35,207 nucleotides of DNA from positions 1 through 35,207 of the IMG/VR virus record IMGVR_UViG_3300025639_000010, one strand, 5' to 3'. The notes below the pieces were generated by a model. It had not been told where the DNA came from. It ran no database searches and saw nothing but the letters and a program-made list of their open reading frames with translations. This DNA comes from a virus. Taxonomy: Duplodnaviria; Caudoviricetes. Shown here one piece after another: positions 24,814 to 34,045 of this stretch (positions are counted from its first letter, which is position 1; every line of letters starts with the position of its first letter). The translations under genes and the position numbers were made by a program.

Positions 24814-25716
24814 ATGAAGAAGTTAAACGATGCTATCAATATCTGCCTGACTACTATAGGAGAACGACCTTTAGGTGCTACTGTAGTAAACCAAGGGGAT
24901 TCTTACTTCCATGATGTTGCGGTAGATGCGATACCTGCATGGAATATTACAACAGCGTATAACATAGATGATGAGGTAAAGCATGGCTCTCCCTCTGTAT
25001 GGTATGTAGCTAAGACAGCACACACAGGTTCTGCTCCTCCCAACTCGACAGACTGGGCAGTAGGAACTAAAGAATTAAAAGTATACACTGGAACAGCGTG
25101 GGAATCAGCAAGTACCAGTAGTTATACAGCGTCAGGACATTATTGGGGAGCATTATTCACCCAGACATCAAGACCACCGGCTTCATCAGTAGTAACACCT
25201 ATCGTAGGTATATACGAAGCTGAGTTAGCAGACATAGCTCTTGATGAAGCTAGAGTAGAATTACTAGGTAGAGGTTACTCCTTTAACACAGAGTTAGCAT
25301 GGCCTTTAATGCCAGATTCAAGCAACACAATAGTAAAGCCATTTGGTGCACTGTCAGTAGATGCTACTGCGGCTGACCCTAATTACATTATAAAAGACAA
25401 CAAGCTGTATGACAATGGTAATCACACATATACGTTCACTGACGTAGTTGAAGCCGATGTTATATGGGACATTGAATTTGATGACTTACCCAGTTATGTA
25501 CAGATATTAATAGTAGACAAGGCTAAAGCAAAACTATATTCCCGTGTAGTGGGAGTGAGTGCTTCAGATGGCACTGCTAAGATACTGAGAGATGATATAA
25601 CAATATCTACTGCGGTTTTAGCTAGTGAAGAAATGAGAGTAGGTAAATACAGTATCTATGATGATGGGTCAAGCAATAGGGCAATGAATCGTTCAAGAAA
25701 CCCATCAGGACTATAA
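24814..25716 (+). CDS. tail tubular protein A (gp11-like) with ~100-aa insertion
   Basis: DAINICLTTIGERP ... GYSFNTE, KLYD, FDDLP. Confidence 0.88.
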   Translation: MKKLNDAINICLTTIGERPLGATVVNQGDSYFHDVAVDAIPAWNITTAYNIDDEVKHGSPSVWYVAKTAHTGSAPPNSTDWAVGTKELKVYTGTAWESASTSSYTASGHYWGALFTQTSRPPASSVVTPIVGIYEAELADIALDEARVELLGRGYSFNTELAWPLMPDSSNTIVKPFGALSVDATAADPNYIIKDNKLYDNGNHTYTFTDVVEADVIWDIEFDDLPSYVQILIVDKAKAKLYSRVVGVSASDGTAKILRDDITISTAVLASEEMRVGKYSIYDDGSSNRAMNRSRNPSGL

Positions 25717-25725
25717 GGAGGAGAT

Positions 25726-27924
25726 GTGAGTGAAGTAAACCAAACTATACCTTCTTTTGTTAATGGGGTATCCCAACAGGCAGTAGAGTCACGGCATGTT
25801 ACTCAAGTAGAAGATATGGTGAACTGTAGCGTGTCTTTTGTAGACGGAACACGCAGAAGAGCACCACTTGAAAAGGTAGCCGAACTCACTGAGTTAGACG
25901 GCACAAAACCTTTCTTGTATTCATACGAGCGAGGAGACGGAGTAGAGTCTTATCTTGTAGCTATTTTAAGTGGAGCGTGGTTCGTATACAACTTAGTCGG
26001 AACAAAGATAGATGAAGGTACTGACCCCTATCTGGATATACCTGTAGGATCAGACCCAGTAGATTCATTTACTTCTACTACTATTGGTGATACTACTTTC
26101 ATTGTAAACAAAACTAAGGTTGTGACAGAGAACTCAACGTTTACACATGGTACTAGTAACACAACACAGAACCAGAAGTATGCGTACTACTGGGTTAAGC
26201 GTACTTATATTGCTTATGGTGGTACAGACAATCAGCAAGCGGCAACCTATCAGTATAAAGTAATTAACGGTAATGACATAACAACAGGAACAGATAGGAC
26301 AAGCATACGTCCTACTGACACCGAGTCAGCAAGTACAACAGGGGATAATGCTTACGGCAAGAACTCACTTACAGTAGCTAACTCTATCGCAGGGGATATT
26401 GGAGGTAGTAACTCAGGGTCAGTACTCCGTAGATTGAAATGGAATGCGTCAGGAGTACCCACAGGTACGTGGGAAGTATCTGACACATGGGGTAATATGG
26501 CTTCCGAAGGATGGTGGGGCTACATGAGTAAAATACAAGACCTTCCTAGTGACATGGGTGAATACTCTGGTAGCAATACGCTAATCAAGATAACAGGAGA
26601 TGAGAAGAATCAGTTTGAAGGTTTCTGGGCTACACATGAAGATGGTATATGGAAAGAGTCAATAGCATCAGGTTTAAAAACAGGTATGGACAAGGCTACA
26701 ATGCCCCATACACTTGTTCGTAATACATTAACTGACTTTACGTTTGGAGAGTTTGACTATACTGACCGTAAGGTAGGGGATGACTTTACTAACGCTATGC
26801 CTAGCTTTGTAGGCTACACAATAGAAGACTTATTCTTTTATCGTAACCGTTTAGGTATGATTAGTAGAGACTCTATTATCTTAAGTGAAGTAGGGTTGTA
26901 TGAGAACTTCTTTAGGACTACTGTTACTGACCTGCTTGCTACTGACCCTGTGGATGTAGCTGTTGACTCAAATAAAGTAGTCAACCTTAAATATGCTGTA
27001 CCTTTTAAACGTAACTTACTACTGTTTGGAGCTAACGCACAGTATATTCTTAGTTCTGAGAACGAGTTAAGACCCGATACTGTGTCTATCAGTCAGTCAA
27101 CTGAGTACAGTTTAAATCCTAATACGAAACCTATGGCAATCGGCCCGAATACTTACTTTACAGTAAATAAAGGGGAAGGCACACAGGTAAGGGAGTACTA
27201 CAATGTACCTGACTCTGTTGATAATATAGCTGAAGATGTAACAGCACATGTTAGTGAGTATGTACCTAAGAATGCTGTTGATTTAGAAGGCAGTGACAAG
27301 TATGACATGTTGTTTATCCTTGCTGAAGGCTCAGATGCTAATAAGTATAGAGCTAATATCTATGTCTACAATCAGACATGGGAAGGTACTAAGAAAGCAC
27401 AGTCAGCATGGCATAGGTGGGAGCTTGCAAGTGCTAAGACACACATCTTGGCAATAAGAGTAGTAGGGGATCACCTATATATGATATGTCACTTTAACGA
27501 TCCTGATCTAGGCGTACAAGGCGAGATGGTACTGAAAAGAATCAGCTTGGCTAAGACAGACTTTGCAGATGAAGTTTATATGGATTTAAAAGCTGATCCA
27601 ACTCCTGCTGATATAGGACTTCCTTACACAAGCTCTATTGAGTTAAGTGAGTGGGGTTTTAACACAGGTGGTACGTCTAAGGTAGATGACAAACAAGGAA
27701 GACTACAAATAAGAAAGGTAGAGTTACAGGCTAGAACTGGATCGTCACAAAAGATCAAGGTACAAGTAGGTGATGCTACTCACACTAAAACAGGAGACAG
27801 CGCAACTGTGATGGGGGAAACCAAGAAGACAAGAATAACAATTCAAAGTGATGGAGATGCAGGGTTCTGTATTGATTCCACTAACTTAAAAGGCAGATAT
27901 AACAGTAAATCAAGAACTGTATAG
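25726..27924 (+). CDS. tail tubular protein B (gp12-like)
   Basis: GVSQQ, MPHTLVR, PSFVG, FFYRNRLG, QSAWHRW; GTG start with AGGAGG RBS. Confidence 0.95.
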   Translation: MSEVNQTIPSFVNGVSQQAVESRHVTQVEDMVNCSVSFVDGTRRRAPLEKVAELTELDGTKPFLYSYERGDGVESYLVAILSGAWFVYNLVGTKIDEGTDPYLDIPVGSDPVDSFTSTTIGDTTFIVNKTKVVTENSTFTHGTSNTTQNQKYAYYWVKRTYIAYGGTDNQQAATYQYKVINGNDITTGTDRTSIRPTDTESASTTGDNAYGKNSLTVANSIAGDIGGSNSGSVLRRLKWNASGVPTGTWEVSDTWGNMASEGWWGYMSKIQDLPSDMGEYSGSNTLIKITGDEKNQFEGFWATHEDGIWKESIASGLKTGMDKATMPHTLVRNTLTDFTFGEFDYTDRKVGDDFTNAMPSFVGYTIEDLFFYRNRLGMISRDSIILSEVGLYENFFRTTVTDLLATDPVDVAVDSNKVVNLKYAVPFKRNLLLFGANAQYILSSENELRPDTVSISQSTEYSLNPNTKPMAIGPNTYFTVNKGEGTQVREYYNVPDSVDNIAEDVTAHVSEYVPKNAVDLEGSDKYDMLFILAEGSDANKYRANIYVYNQTWEGTKKAQSAWHRWELASAKTHILAIRVVGDHLYMICHFNDPDLGVQGEMVLKRISLAKTDFADEVYMDLKADPTPADIGLPYTSSIELSEWGFNTGGTSKVDDKQGRLQIRKVELQARTGSSQKIKVQVGDATHTKTGDSATVMGETKKTRITIQSDGDAGFCIDSTNLKGRYNSKSRTV

Positions 27925-27926
27925 CC

Positions 27927-27946
27927 TTTTGGATTGCAAGCCAAAC
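27927..27946. repeat. 20-bp palindromic repeat copy 17
   Basis: TTTTGGATTGCAAGCCAAAC, after tail tubular B. Confidence 0.95.
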
Positions 27947-27977
27947 ATTACATGCAAACTAAGTAAAAGGAAAGAGT

Positions 27978-29705
27978 ATGATTTCAGATAAGGTGTTTAC
28001 AGGTGATGGGGTAACAAGCACGTTCAGTGTTGGTTTCCGTATCATCTCAAGTGACCACGTAAAAGTATATTCTCTCATAGGCGGTACAGAAACTATAGTA
28101 AGTAAAAGCGACTACACAGTCATTCACAACTCTATTGTATTTTACACCGCACCTGCTAGTTCTACGTTGCTTACTATTCAAGTATCAACAGATGCGGCAG
28201 ACCTAATATCATCTCCTTCAGATGTCGGCTTAGTAGCCGCTAATATAAGTGATATACAACAACTAAGTAATACTAATACAATTAGTGATTTACAGGCTGT
28301 AGCTACAGCTACTGCTTCTACTGGTTGGGCATTAGTATCATCTGACCTAGAACTTGGAGCAGGTACAAATAGTACCTCTGACAGTAAAATACTCAACGCT
28401 TTAACTAATGCAAACACCGCATCCACAGCTTCTAGTGAGGTCACCACAAAACACGCTGATGTAGTCGATAAACACGGGCAACTGTACAACCTGACTACGC
28501 AAGTAGACTCGTTGAGTGCCGCTCCTCTAGGCTCAGTCAGCCCTGCATCCGATTATGACGCAAGTACAGGTATCTTAAAGATTTATGTATCGGAAGGCCC
28601 ATCAGGTGCTACTGGAACAACTGGAGCAATAGGGCCATCAGGTAGCATAGGTGCTACAGGGCCGCAAGGTATTCAAGGTGTTCAAGGGGAAGACGGAGAC
28701 AGAGGGCCAATCGGAAATGATGGGCCTATTGGGCCAACTGGGCCGCAAGGTGTAAAAGGTGATGAGGGTGACCTTGGGCCGCTTGGGCCTACGGGAGCGC
28801 AAGGCATCACAGGCTTGCAAGGAGTTGTTGGATTAACTGGTGCTGTAGGTGCTGTAGGTGCTACTGGAGCGCAAGGTATTGTAGGTCTTCAAGGCCCAAC
28901 AGGTGCTACAGGAGATACTGGAGCTATAGGAGCTACAGGTTCAACGGGTGATGCAGGCCCAACTGGAGCTACTGGTTCTCAGGGTAGTATAGGTTTAACT
29001 GGGCCAACTGGAGCTATGGGCGGTACTGGGCCAACTGGTGACGCAGGGCCAACAGGAGCTACTGGTTCTCAAGGCAGTATAGGTTTAACTGGAGCTACTG
29101 GAGCTATGGGTTCTACCGGCCCAACTGGCGATGCAGGAGTTATTGGAGCTACGGGAGCTACTGGAAGTATCGGATTAACAGGGGCAACTGGTTCTATAGG
29201 CCCAACTGGTGACACAGGTAACACGGGGGCAACGGGAGCTACAGGCCCACAAGGTTCTACTGGAGCAACAGGTTCTATAGGTGCTGATGGTGTTACAGGT
29301 GACGTAGGGCCAACAGGTGCTACAGGAAGTACAGGGCCAACAGGTGCTACAGGAGCCACAGGTTCTATAGGTGCGGATGGTGTCACAGGTGATGCAGGGC
29401 CAACTGGCCCAACAGGTGCTACAGGAAGTATGGGGTCAACTGGCCCAACAGGTGCTACTGGCCCTCTAGGCCCACAAGGAATCACAGGTATTACAGGTTC
29501 TACTGGTGCAACAGGACTTCAAGGTTCAGCAGGGCCACTAGGACTTCAAGGCCCAACGGGAAACATGGGTTCAACGCCTATGGCTTTAGCTTTTGGTCGC
29601 TTTGAGATTAACAGTAGTGGAGAGTTGCTCATAGAACATTATGGGAGCGCATCTGACAATGATTTCAGTATTGACTCCAACGGATATTTAGAGGTAACAG
29701 TTTAA
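27978..29705 (+). CDS. tail fibre with gp17-like N-terminal anchor and collagen-like Gly-X-Y shaft
   Basis: [14 protein letters not shown]...F.TAPA N-terminus; >100 Gly-X-Y triplets. Confidence 0.88.
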   Translation: MISDKVFTGDGVTSTFSVGFRIISSDHVKVYSLIGGTETIVSKSDYTVIHNSIVFYTAPASSTLLTIQVSTDAADLISSPSDVGLVAANISDIQQLSNTNTISDLQAVATATASTGWALVSSDLELGAGTNSTSDSKILNALTNANTASTASSEVTTKHADVVDKHGQLYNLTTQVDSLSAAPLGSVSPASDYDASTGILKIYVSEGPSGATGTTGAIGPSGSIGATGPQGIQGVQGEDGDRGPIGNDGPIGPTGPQGVKGDEGDLGPLGPTGAQGITGLQGVVGLTGAVGAVGATGAQGIVGLQGPTGATGDTGAIGATGSTGDAGPTGATGSQGSIGLTGPTGAMGGTGPTGDAGPTGATGSQGSIGLTGATGAMGSTGPTGDAGVIGATGATGSIGLTGATGSIGPTGDTGNTGATGATGPQGSTGATGSIGADGVTGDVGPTGATGSTGPTGATGATGSIGADGVTGDAGPTGPTGATGSMGSTGPTGATGPLGPQGITGITGSTGATGLQGSAGPLGLQGPTGNMGSTPMALAFGRFEINSSGELLIEHYGSASDNDFSIDSNGYLEVTV

Positions 29706-29706
29706 T

Positions 29707-31140
29707 ATGGCAACAATTAATATAGGACGAGTACGACTTGGATGGCAAGGTACTTGGAGTAGTTCAACGAGCTATGTGGCAATGGATGCTGTCGTTCAAG
29801 ACGGTACAAGCTACACAGCATTATCAAACAATACAAATATGTCACCTGATGCACAACCATTGGTGTGGCAGGTCATTGCGGAAAGCGGTGACGATGGTGC
29901 AACAGGTGCAACAGGTGCTACAGGTAGTCAGGGTATTCAAGGTGCTACGGGTGCTGTTGGTGCTACGGGTGCTACAGGTAACACTGGGCCAACAGGTTCT
30001 CAAGGCCCACAAGGCGATGACGGTGCTGTAGGTGCTACAGGTTCTGTAGGTGCAACTGGTGCTGTAGGTGCTACAGGAGCAACAGGCTCACAAGGCCCAC
30101 AGGGTGACGATGGTGCTGTAGGTGCTACAGGTGCTGTTGGTGCAACAGGAAGTACTGGTGCTGTTGGTGCAACAGGAAGCACTGGGCCAATTGGTAACAC
30201 AGGTAATACAGGAGCGGTAGGTGCAACTGGTGCTGTTGGTACTACAGGAAGCACTGGGCCACAAGGCCCACAAGGTGATGATGGTGCAGTTGGAGCTACT
30301 GGTAATACGGGTGCAACAGGAGCGGTAGGTGCTACTGGTTCAACAGGCCCACAAGGCCCACAAGGTGATGACGGTGCTGTAGGAGCTACGGGTAATACTG
30401 GAGCTACTGGTGCTGTGGGAGCTACTGGTTCAACTGGCCCACAAGGCCCACAGGGTGACGATGGAGCAGTCGGAGCTACTGGAGCAGTCGGAGCAACAGG
30501 CTCACAAGGCCCACAAGGAGCTACGGGGAACACAGGCCCAATAGGTAACACAGGCCCGACTGGGGCTACTGGATTAACAGGGCCACAGGGTGCTGTTGGT
30601 AACACGGGTGCTGTTGGTGCTACTGGAAGTACAGGAGCGGCAGGGACAGACGGAGATGACGGTGCTACAGGTGCTACAGGCCCACAGGGTGCTACTGGTG
30701 TTAAAGGTGACACAGGCAACACTGGGCCACAAGGCTCGACAGGAGCTACAGGAAGTACGGGTAGTCAAGGCCCAAGTGGTGCTGATGGTGCGGTAGGTTC
30801 TCAAGGCCCGTCAGGCCCAGTGGGTGCGACAGGTGCTACGGGTAATACTGGAGCTACTGGTAGTCAAGGCTCACAAGGCCCACAAGGCCCAACGGGTGCT
30901 ACGGGTACTACGGGTGCTACAGGTGCAACTGGCCCTGCAGGAAGTGCAGGAGCTGAACTCTCTGTATCCTTTAGTGGTGGTACGTTAATACTACAATCAA
31001 CATCGTCCATAAACAGTTCATCCAGTAATTTACAGTATCTAGGAAATGTAGGTACCGCTAAACTGGTTGGTATAGATTATGCCGATACATCCTCTTTCAC
31101 TTTCGCCTGTCACGGGCGTATCGCATGGTCGGTGACTTAA
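29707..31140 (+). CDS. second collagen-like fibre with N-terminal CBM-like module
   Basis: [30 protein letters not shown]; long Gly-X-Y run with ~30-aa repeat units. Confidence 0.88.
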   Translation: MATINIGRVRLGWQGTWSSSTSYVAMDAVVQDGTSYTALSNNTNMSPDAQPLVWQVIAESGDDGATGATGATGSQGIQGATGAVGATGATGNTGPTGSQGPQGDDGAVGATGSVGATGAVGATGATGSQGPQGDDGAVGATGAVGATGSTGAVGATGSTGPIGNTGNTGAVGATGAVGTTGSTGPQGPQGDDGAVGATGNTGATGAVGATGSTGPQGPQGDDGAVGATGNTGATGAVGATGSTGPQGPQGDDGAVGATGAVGATGSQGPQGATGNTGPIGNTGPTGATGLTGPQGAVGNTGAVGATGSTGAAGTDGDDGATGATGPQGATGVKGDTGNTGPQGSTGATGSTGSQGPSGADGAVGSQGPSGPVGATGATGNTGATGSQGSQGPQGPTGATGTTGATGATGPAGSAGAELSVSFSGGTLILQSTSSINSSSSNLQYLGNVGTAKLVGIDYADTSSFTFACHGRIAWSVT

Positions 31141-31142
31141 CA

Positions 31143-31700
31143 ATGAAGAATATTATCAACTTTAATGACATTGCCGATGTTAAACACAACGGTTCTAATG
31201 TAAACACCGTAGTTATTTCTGGGGGAGGTAATACCCAAACGGTATGGAGTGTGGGAGGGAGTACGACTGCGACAATGCCTACTTCAACGCACTATGTAAA
31301 TACTGGCCCACAGGTTTTTACCACTACTTTAAATTTATCAACCCCAATTCGTGCGAGTAGATCGGGTGCTTTTAATATCAAGACAACCCTAACGAGAAAT
31401 AGAACAGGGTCGAACGCAGGTGGTGACACGGAGAGCTATTGGGCGGAGTTCTATTTTGATGGTTCGCTCATGTTTATAGACAAATCTTTGATGAGTAATT
31501 CAGCACAATCTAATTCTCCTACCGTGATGGGGCAAGGAGGGGGTTGGGATACTTACACTTCAACGGCCCCACTATCCTACGACAGTAGCGTTGGGGTACT
31601 CATAGACAAGATTGTATGGTACTCAAAAATAGGGTCGGGTACGTCACCAAACTACCCATGTACTTACAACTATACCAATCGACAGGCGATATTCACATAA
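31143..31700 (+). CDS. putative fibre-associated / receptor-binding beta protein
   Basis: Ser/Thr/Gly-rich beta-type sequence immediately after the fibres. Confidence 0.55.
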   Translation: MKNIINFNDIADVKHNGSNVNTVVISGGGNTQTVWSVGGSTTATMPTSTHYVNTGPQVFTTTLNLSTPIRASRSGAFNIKTTLTRNRTGSNAGGDTESYWAEFYFDGSLMFIDKSLMSNSAQSNSPTVMGQGGGWDTYTSTAPLSYDSSVGVLIDKIVWYSKIGSGTSPNYPCTYNYTNRQAIFT

Positions 31701-31713
31701 AAGGTAACTCTCC

Positions 31714-32274
31714 ATGCAAAGATTAAATACAATATTAAGAGAAAACATGGTGAGGGTTAAGGGGTTAGATGACTCTTTAGAAATCCCACTATTCAATGAA
31801 GACCGCTCTATTCCGCTCAAAGAATATCTTTCGACTCCCATCGGAATTGCTTTGTTAGCGGTGCTTAGATACGATTTAGCGGTCAGTTTCGCACAGGCAA
31901 TGGACTTGGTTACGAAGTACCCTATAGATGACTTCAATCTAGCAGGTATTTGTAAGGTAATGACACAGACCTCTAAGGATGCCTTGGGGGAACACATCCC
32001 TCCTTACACCACTACTAAAACATTCAATAGTGACAAACCTTATGTTGGGATGCTGACTGTGGCAGGGTCATACGCACCTGATAAAACTTGGGAGCATTAC
32101 ACGGAAAAGGATGAAGTATGCGAATCTACTATATCAACAAGTAATGAAAACGATTACAACACTATAGGTATTTATCTAGATGGGTTTGGGTGGATGGTGT
32201 TTGATTCCTTACTTTCTTCAGTTCCTATGGAGGACGTAAAAAGCTACATATTGTTCAGTAATGAGGAAACATAA
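31714..32274 (+). CDS. hypothetical protein
   Basis: AAGG RBS, contiguous. Confidence 0.7.
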   Translation: MQRLNTILRENMVRVKGLDDSLEIPLFNEDRSIPLKEYLSTPIGIALLAVLRYDLAVSFAQAMDLVTKYPIDDFNLAGICKVMTQTSKDALGEHIPPYTTTKTFNSDKPYVGMLTVAGSYAPDKTWEHYTEKDEVCESTISTSNENDYNTIGIYLDGFGWMVFDSLLSSVPMEDVKSYILFSNEET

Positions 32275-32450
32275 TGATATACGTTAACACTACGACAGGA
32301 GCTTGTAGCGAAAAGCAACGAGATGACACATGGGTTGGGATTGACGATGACATATCAAATTATCAGATATACACCCTAGATGCTGATGGGCAAATAAACG
32401 ATGCTTTAACGTGTAAGTCGTTTGGCACTCCCTTAACTAATATAGATTAG
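32274..32450 (+). CDS. small hypothetical protein (58 aa, not in ORF track)
   Basis: TAATG overlap, GAGG RBS; MIYVNTTTGACSEKQ... Confidence 0.6.
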   Translation: MIYVNTTTGACSEKQRDDTWVGIDDDISNYQIYTLDADGQINDALTCKSFGTPLTNID

Positions 32451-32462
32451 GAGCAATAAGGC

Positions 32463-32711
32463 TTGAATGCACACGAAGAAAACGAACCGTGTTATCTAGA
32501 AACTCGACTAACCAAGCTAGAATGGCAACAAGCAGAACACGCTGAAGAAATACGAGAAGTAAAGAGAACAGCAAACGAGTTGTCTGTGGCACTCAAGGAC
32601 ATCTCAGCGTGTCTACAACAAATCAAGTACACAGCTTTTGGTGCTGTGGCAATGTTGTTGCTTTCTACGCTTGGGGTCTTGGATACTATGTCGCTAATTC
32701 TAAGTAAGTAA
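32463..32711 (+). CDS. coiled-coil protein with C-terminal TM (XhlA-like / lysis-associated)
   Basis: RLTKLE heptads, then hydrophobic AFGAVAMLLLSTLGV; AGGAG RBS, TTG start. Confidence 0.65.
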   Translation: MNAHEENEPCYLETRLTKLEWQQAEHAEEIREVKRTANELSVALKDISACLQQIKYTAFGAVAMLLLSTLGVLDTMSLILSK

Positions 32712-32720
32712 ATAATACCG

Positions 32721-32744
32721 AGGGGGAATAATACCCCCTTTTTT
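32721..32744 (+). terminator. intrinsic terminator
   Basis: GGGGG-AATAATA-CCCCC followed by T6. Confidence 0.7.
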
Positions 32745-32787
32745 ATGCTTGGTACTATTAATATTACCGTAGAGGAATATATGAACT

Positions 32788-33075
32788 ATGGAGAAATCAG
32801 CAATAACCCTCATTACAATAATGAGTAGTGTTGTCAGCATCGTAACTATGAGTGTTGGCTTACTACTTTTTGCTGATGGTAGATATGCTTCAGCAGATGA
32901 GTTAGAGGATTTAAGAATAGAGCAACACTCAGCGTTTGTTGATATGCGAATGAGGTCTATTGAGGATGAACTCTTTGACCTTCAAAGCGTACCTGACGCA
33001 CAACGTACACCGCTTGATAGAGCGAAAGTAGAGAGGTATCTCCGTGAACTACGAGAACTTCAAGATAGCGATTGA
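32788..33075 (+). CDS. membrane-anchored coiled-coil protein
   Basis: N-terminal TM followed by a charged helical domain. Confidence 0.65.
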   Translation: MEKSAITLITIMSSVVSIVTMSVGLLLFADGRYASADELEDLRIEQHSAFVDMRMRSIEDELFDLQSVPDAQRTPLDRAKVERYLRELRELQDSD

Positions 33076-33265
33076 ACACATTAAGAACCTCATTTATTAC
33101 ACCGCTCTTTGTGCCTTTGGTAGTGCATTAGCGGTTGTAGTTCTTCATGAGATTCTTGGTGTTTATTACACATAAGCGTATGTAATACGAAAGATGAAGT
33201 TGGGGATTGCATGAAATACTTTACATACCCAACTCACATATACCAAATGTAAAATATAAACAACA

Positions 33266-33454
33266 ATGGGAGAAACAATGTTTCAATATATTTTAGCAAG
33301 ATTAAGCGAGGCCAGTACCGTCAGAGGAATTATAATGTTCTTTGGGGGCTTAGGTTTGACTATAGAGCCAGAGTTAATGAACCAGATTGTTGCAGCAACT
33401 ATTGCAGGGTCAGGGATTATAGGCATGGTCTTTAAAGATAGTAAAGATGAATGA
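33266..33454 (+). CDS. holin-like small membrane protein
   Basis: RLSEAST.RG motif, two hydrophobic segments, charged C-terminus. Confidence 0.6.
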   Translation: MGETMFQYILARLSEASTVRGIIMFFGGLGLTIEPELMNQIVAATIAGSGIIGMVFKDSKDE

Positions 33455-33690
33455 GAGACTACAAGAAAGAGTATCGGGAATACCATGGTAAACCTGAGCA
33501 AGTAAAGAGAAGGCATCAAAGAAATCAATCAAGAAGACTGATGATTAAATCAGGGAGAGTTAGAAAGGGGGATGGTAAGGAAGTAGATCATAAAGACCAC
33601 AACACCTCTAATAAGTCTCCTAGTAACCTAAGGATACTCTCTAAGAAAGCCAACCGAACTAAACAACCTAAAAGAGGTCGCAATGGATGA
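33451..33690 (+). CDS. HNH endonuclease (packaging-associated type)
   Basis: RDYKKEY...GDGKEVDHKD.N..N...NLR....NR. Confidence 0.85.
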   Translation: MRDYKKEYREYHGKPEQVKRRHQRNQSRRLMIKSGRVRKGDGKEVDHKDHNTSNKSPSNLRILSKKANRTKQPKRGRNG

Positions 33691-33925
33691 TGATAATATC
33701 TTATTTGTATTACATTCTGCTGTCGCTCAGACCTTGCTAGAAAAGATCAAGGATGGTACAGCTAAATCTGCTGACTTGGGTGTAGCTGTACGATTCCTAA
33801 AGGATAACGGAATTGAAGCTACTCCTATTAACGATAACCCTCTTGCACAACTCCTAGAATCATTGCCCTTCGATCAAGAAGAAGAAGAGTTAGAAAGGCA
33901 GTTGGTAGACATCCCTAGACACTAA
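33683..33925 (+). CDS. terminase small subunit (gp18-like)
   Basis: LH..VA..LL..I..G.A..ADL.VAVRFLKDNGI..L..LPF. Confidence 0.85.
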   Translation: MDDDNILFVLHSAVAQTLLEKIKDGTAKSADLGVAVRFLKDNGIEATPINDNPLAQLLESLPFDQEEEELERQLVDIPRH

Positions 33926-34045
33926 CCAAAGTACCCCCTCAGAGGCCCTCAGGGGTCATCTGAGAAGGGGGTATTAGGAAAAGTAATGGGTAGCATAGGG
34001 GTAAGAAAAACACCCCTCCTCACCCCACTTATATGGACATAACGC

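Noticed and set aside
29069-30804. Pro/Val-rich minus-strand ORFs
   Set aside because: They are antisense shadows of the Gly-X-Y repeats.
33199-33218. Possible 18th palindrome copy GTTGGGGATTGCATGAAATA
   Set aside because: The core and right half diverge too much to count, although its position would fit the gradient.
32463-33454. Endolysin, integrase, ligase or tRNA genes
   Set aside because: None recognisable in the window; they may lie beyond the truncated terL, so absence is not claimed.
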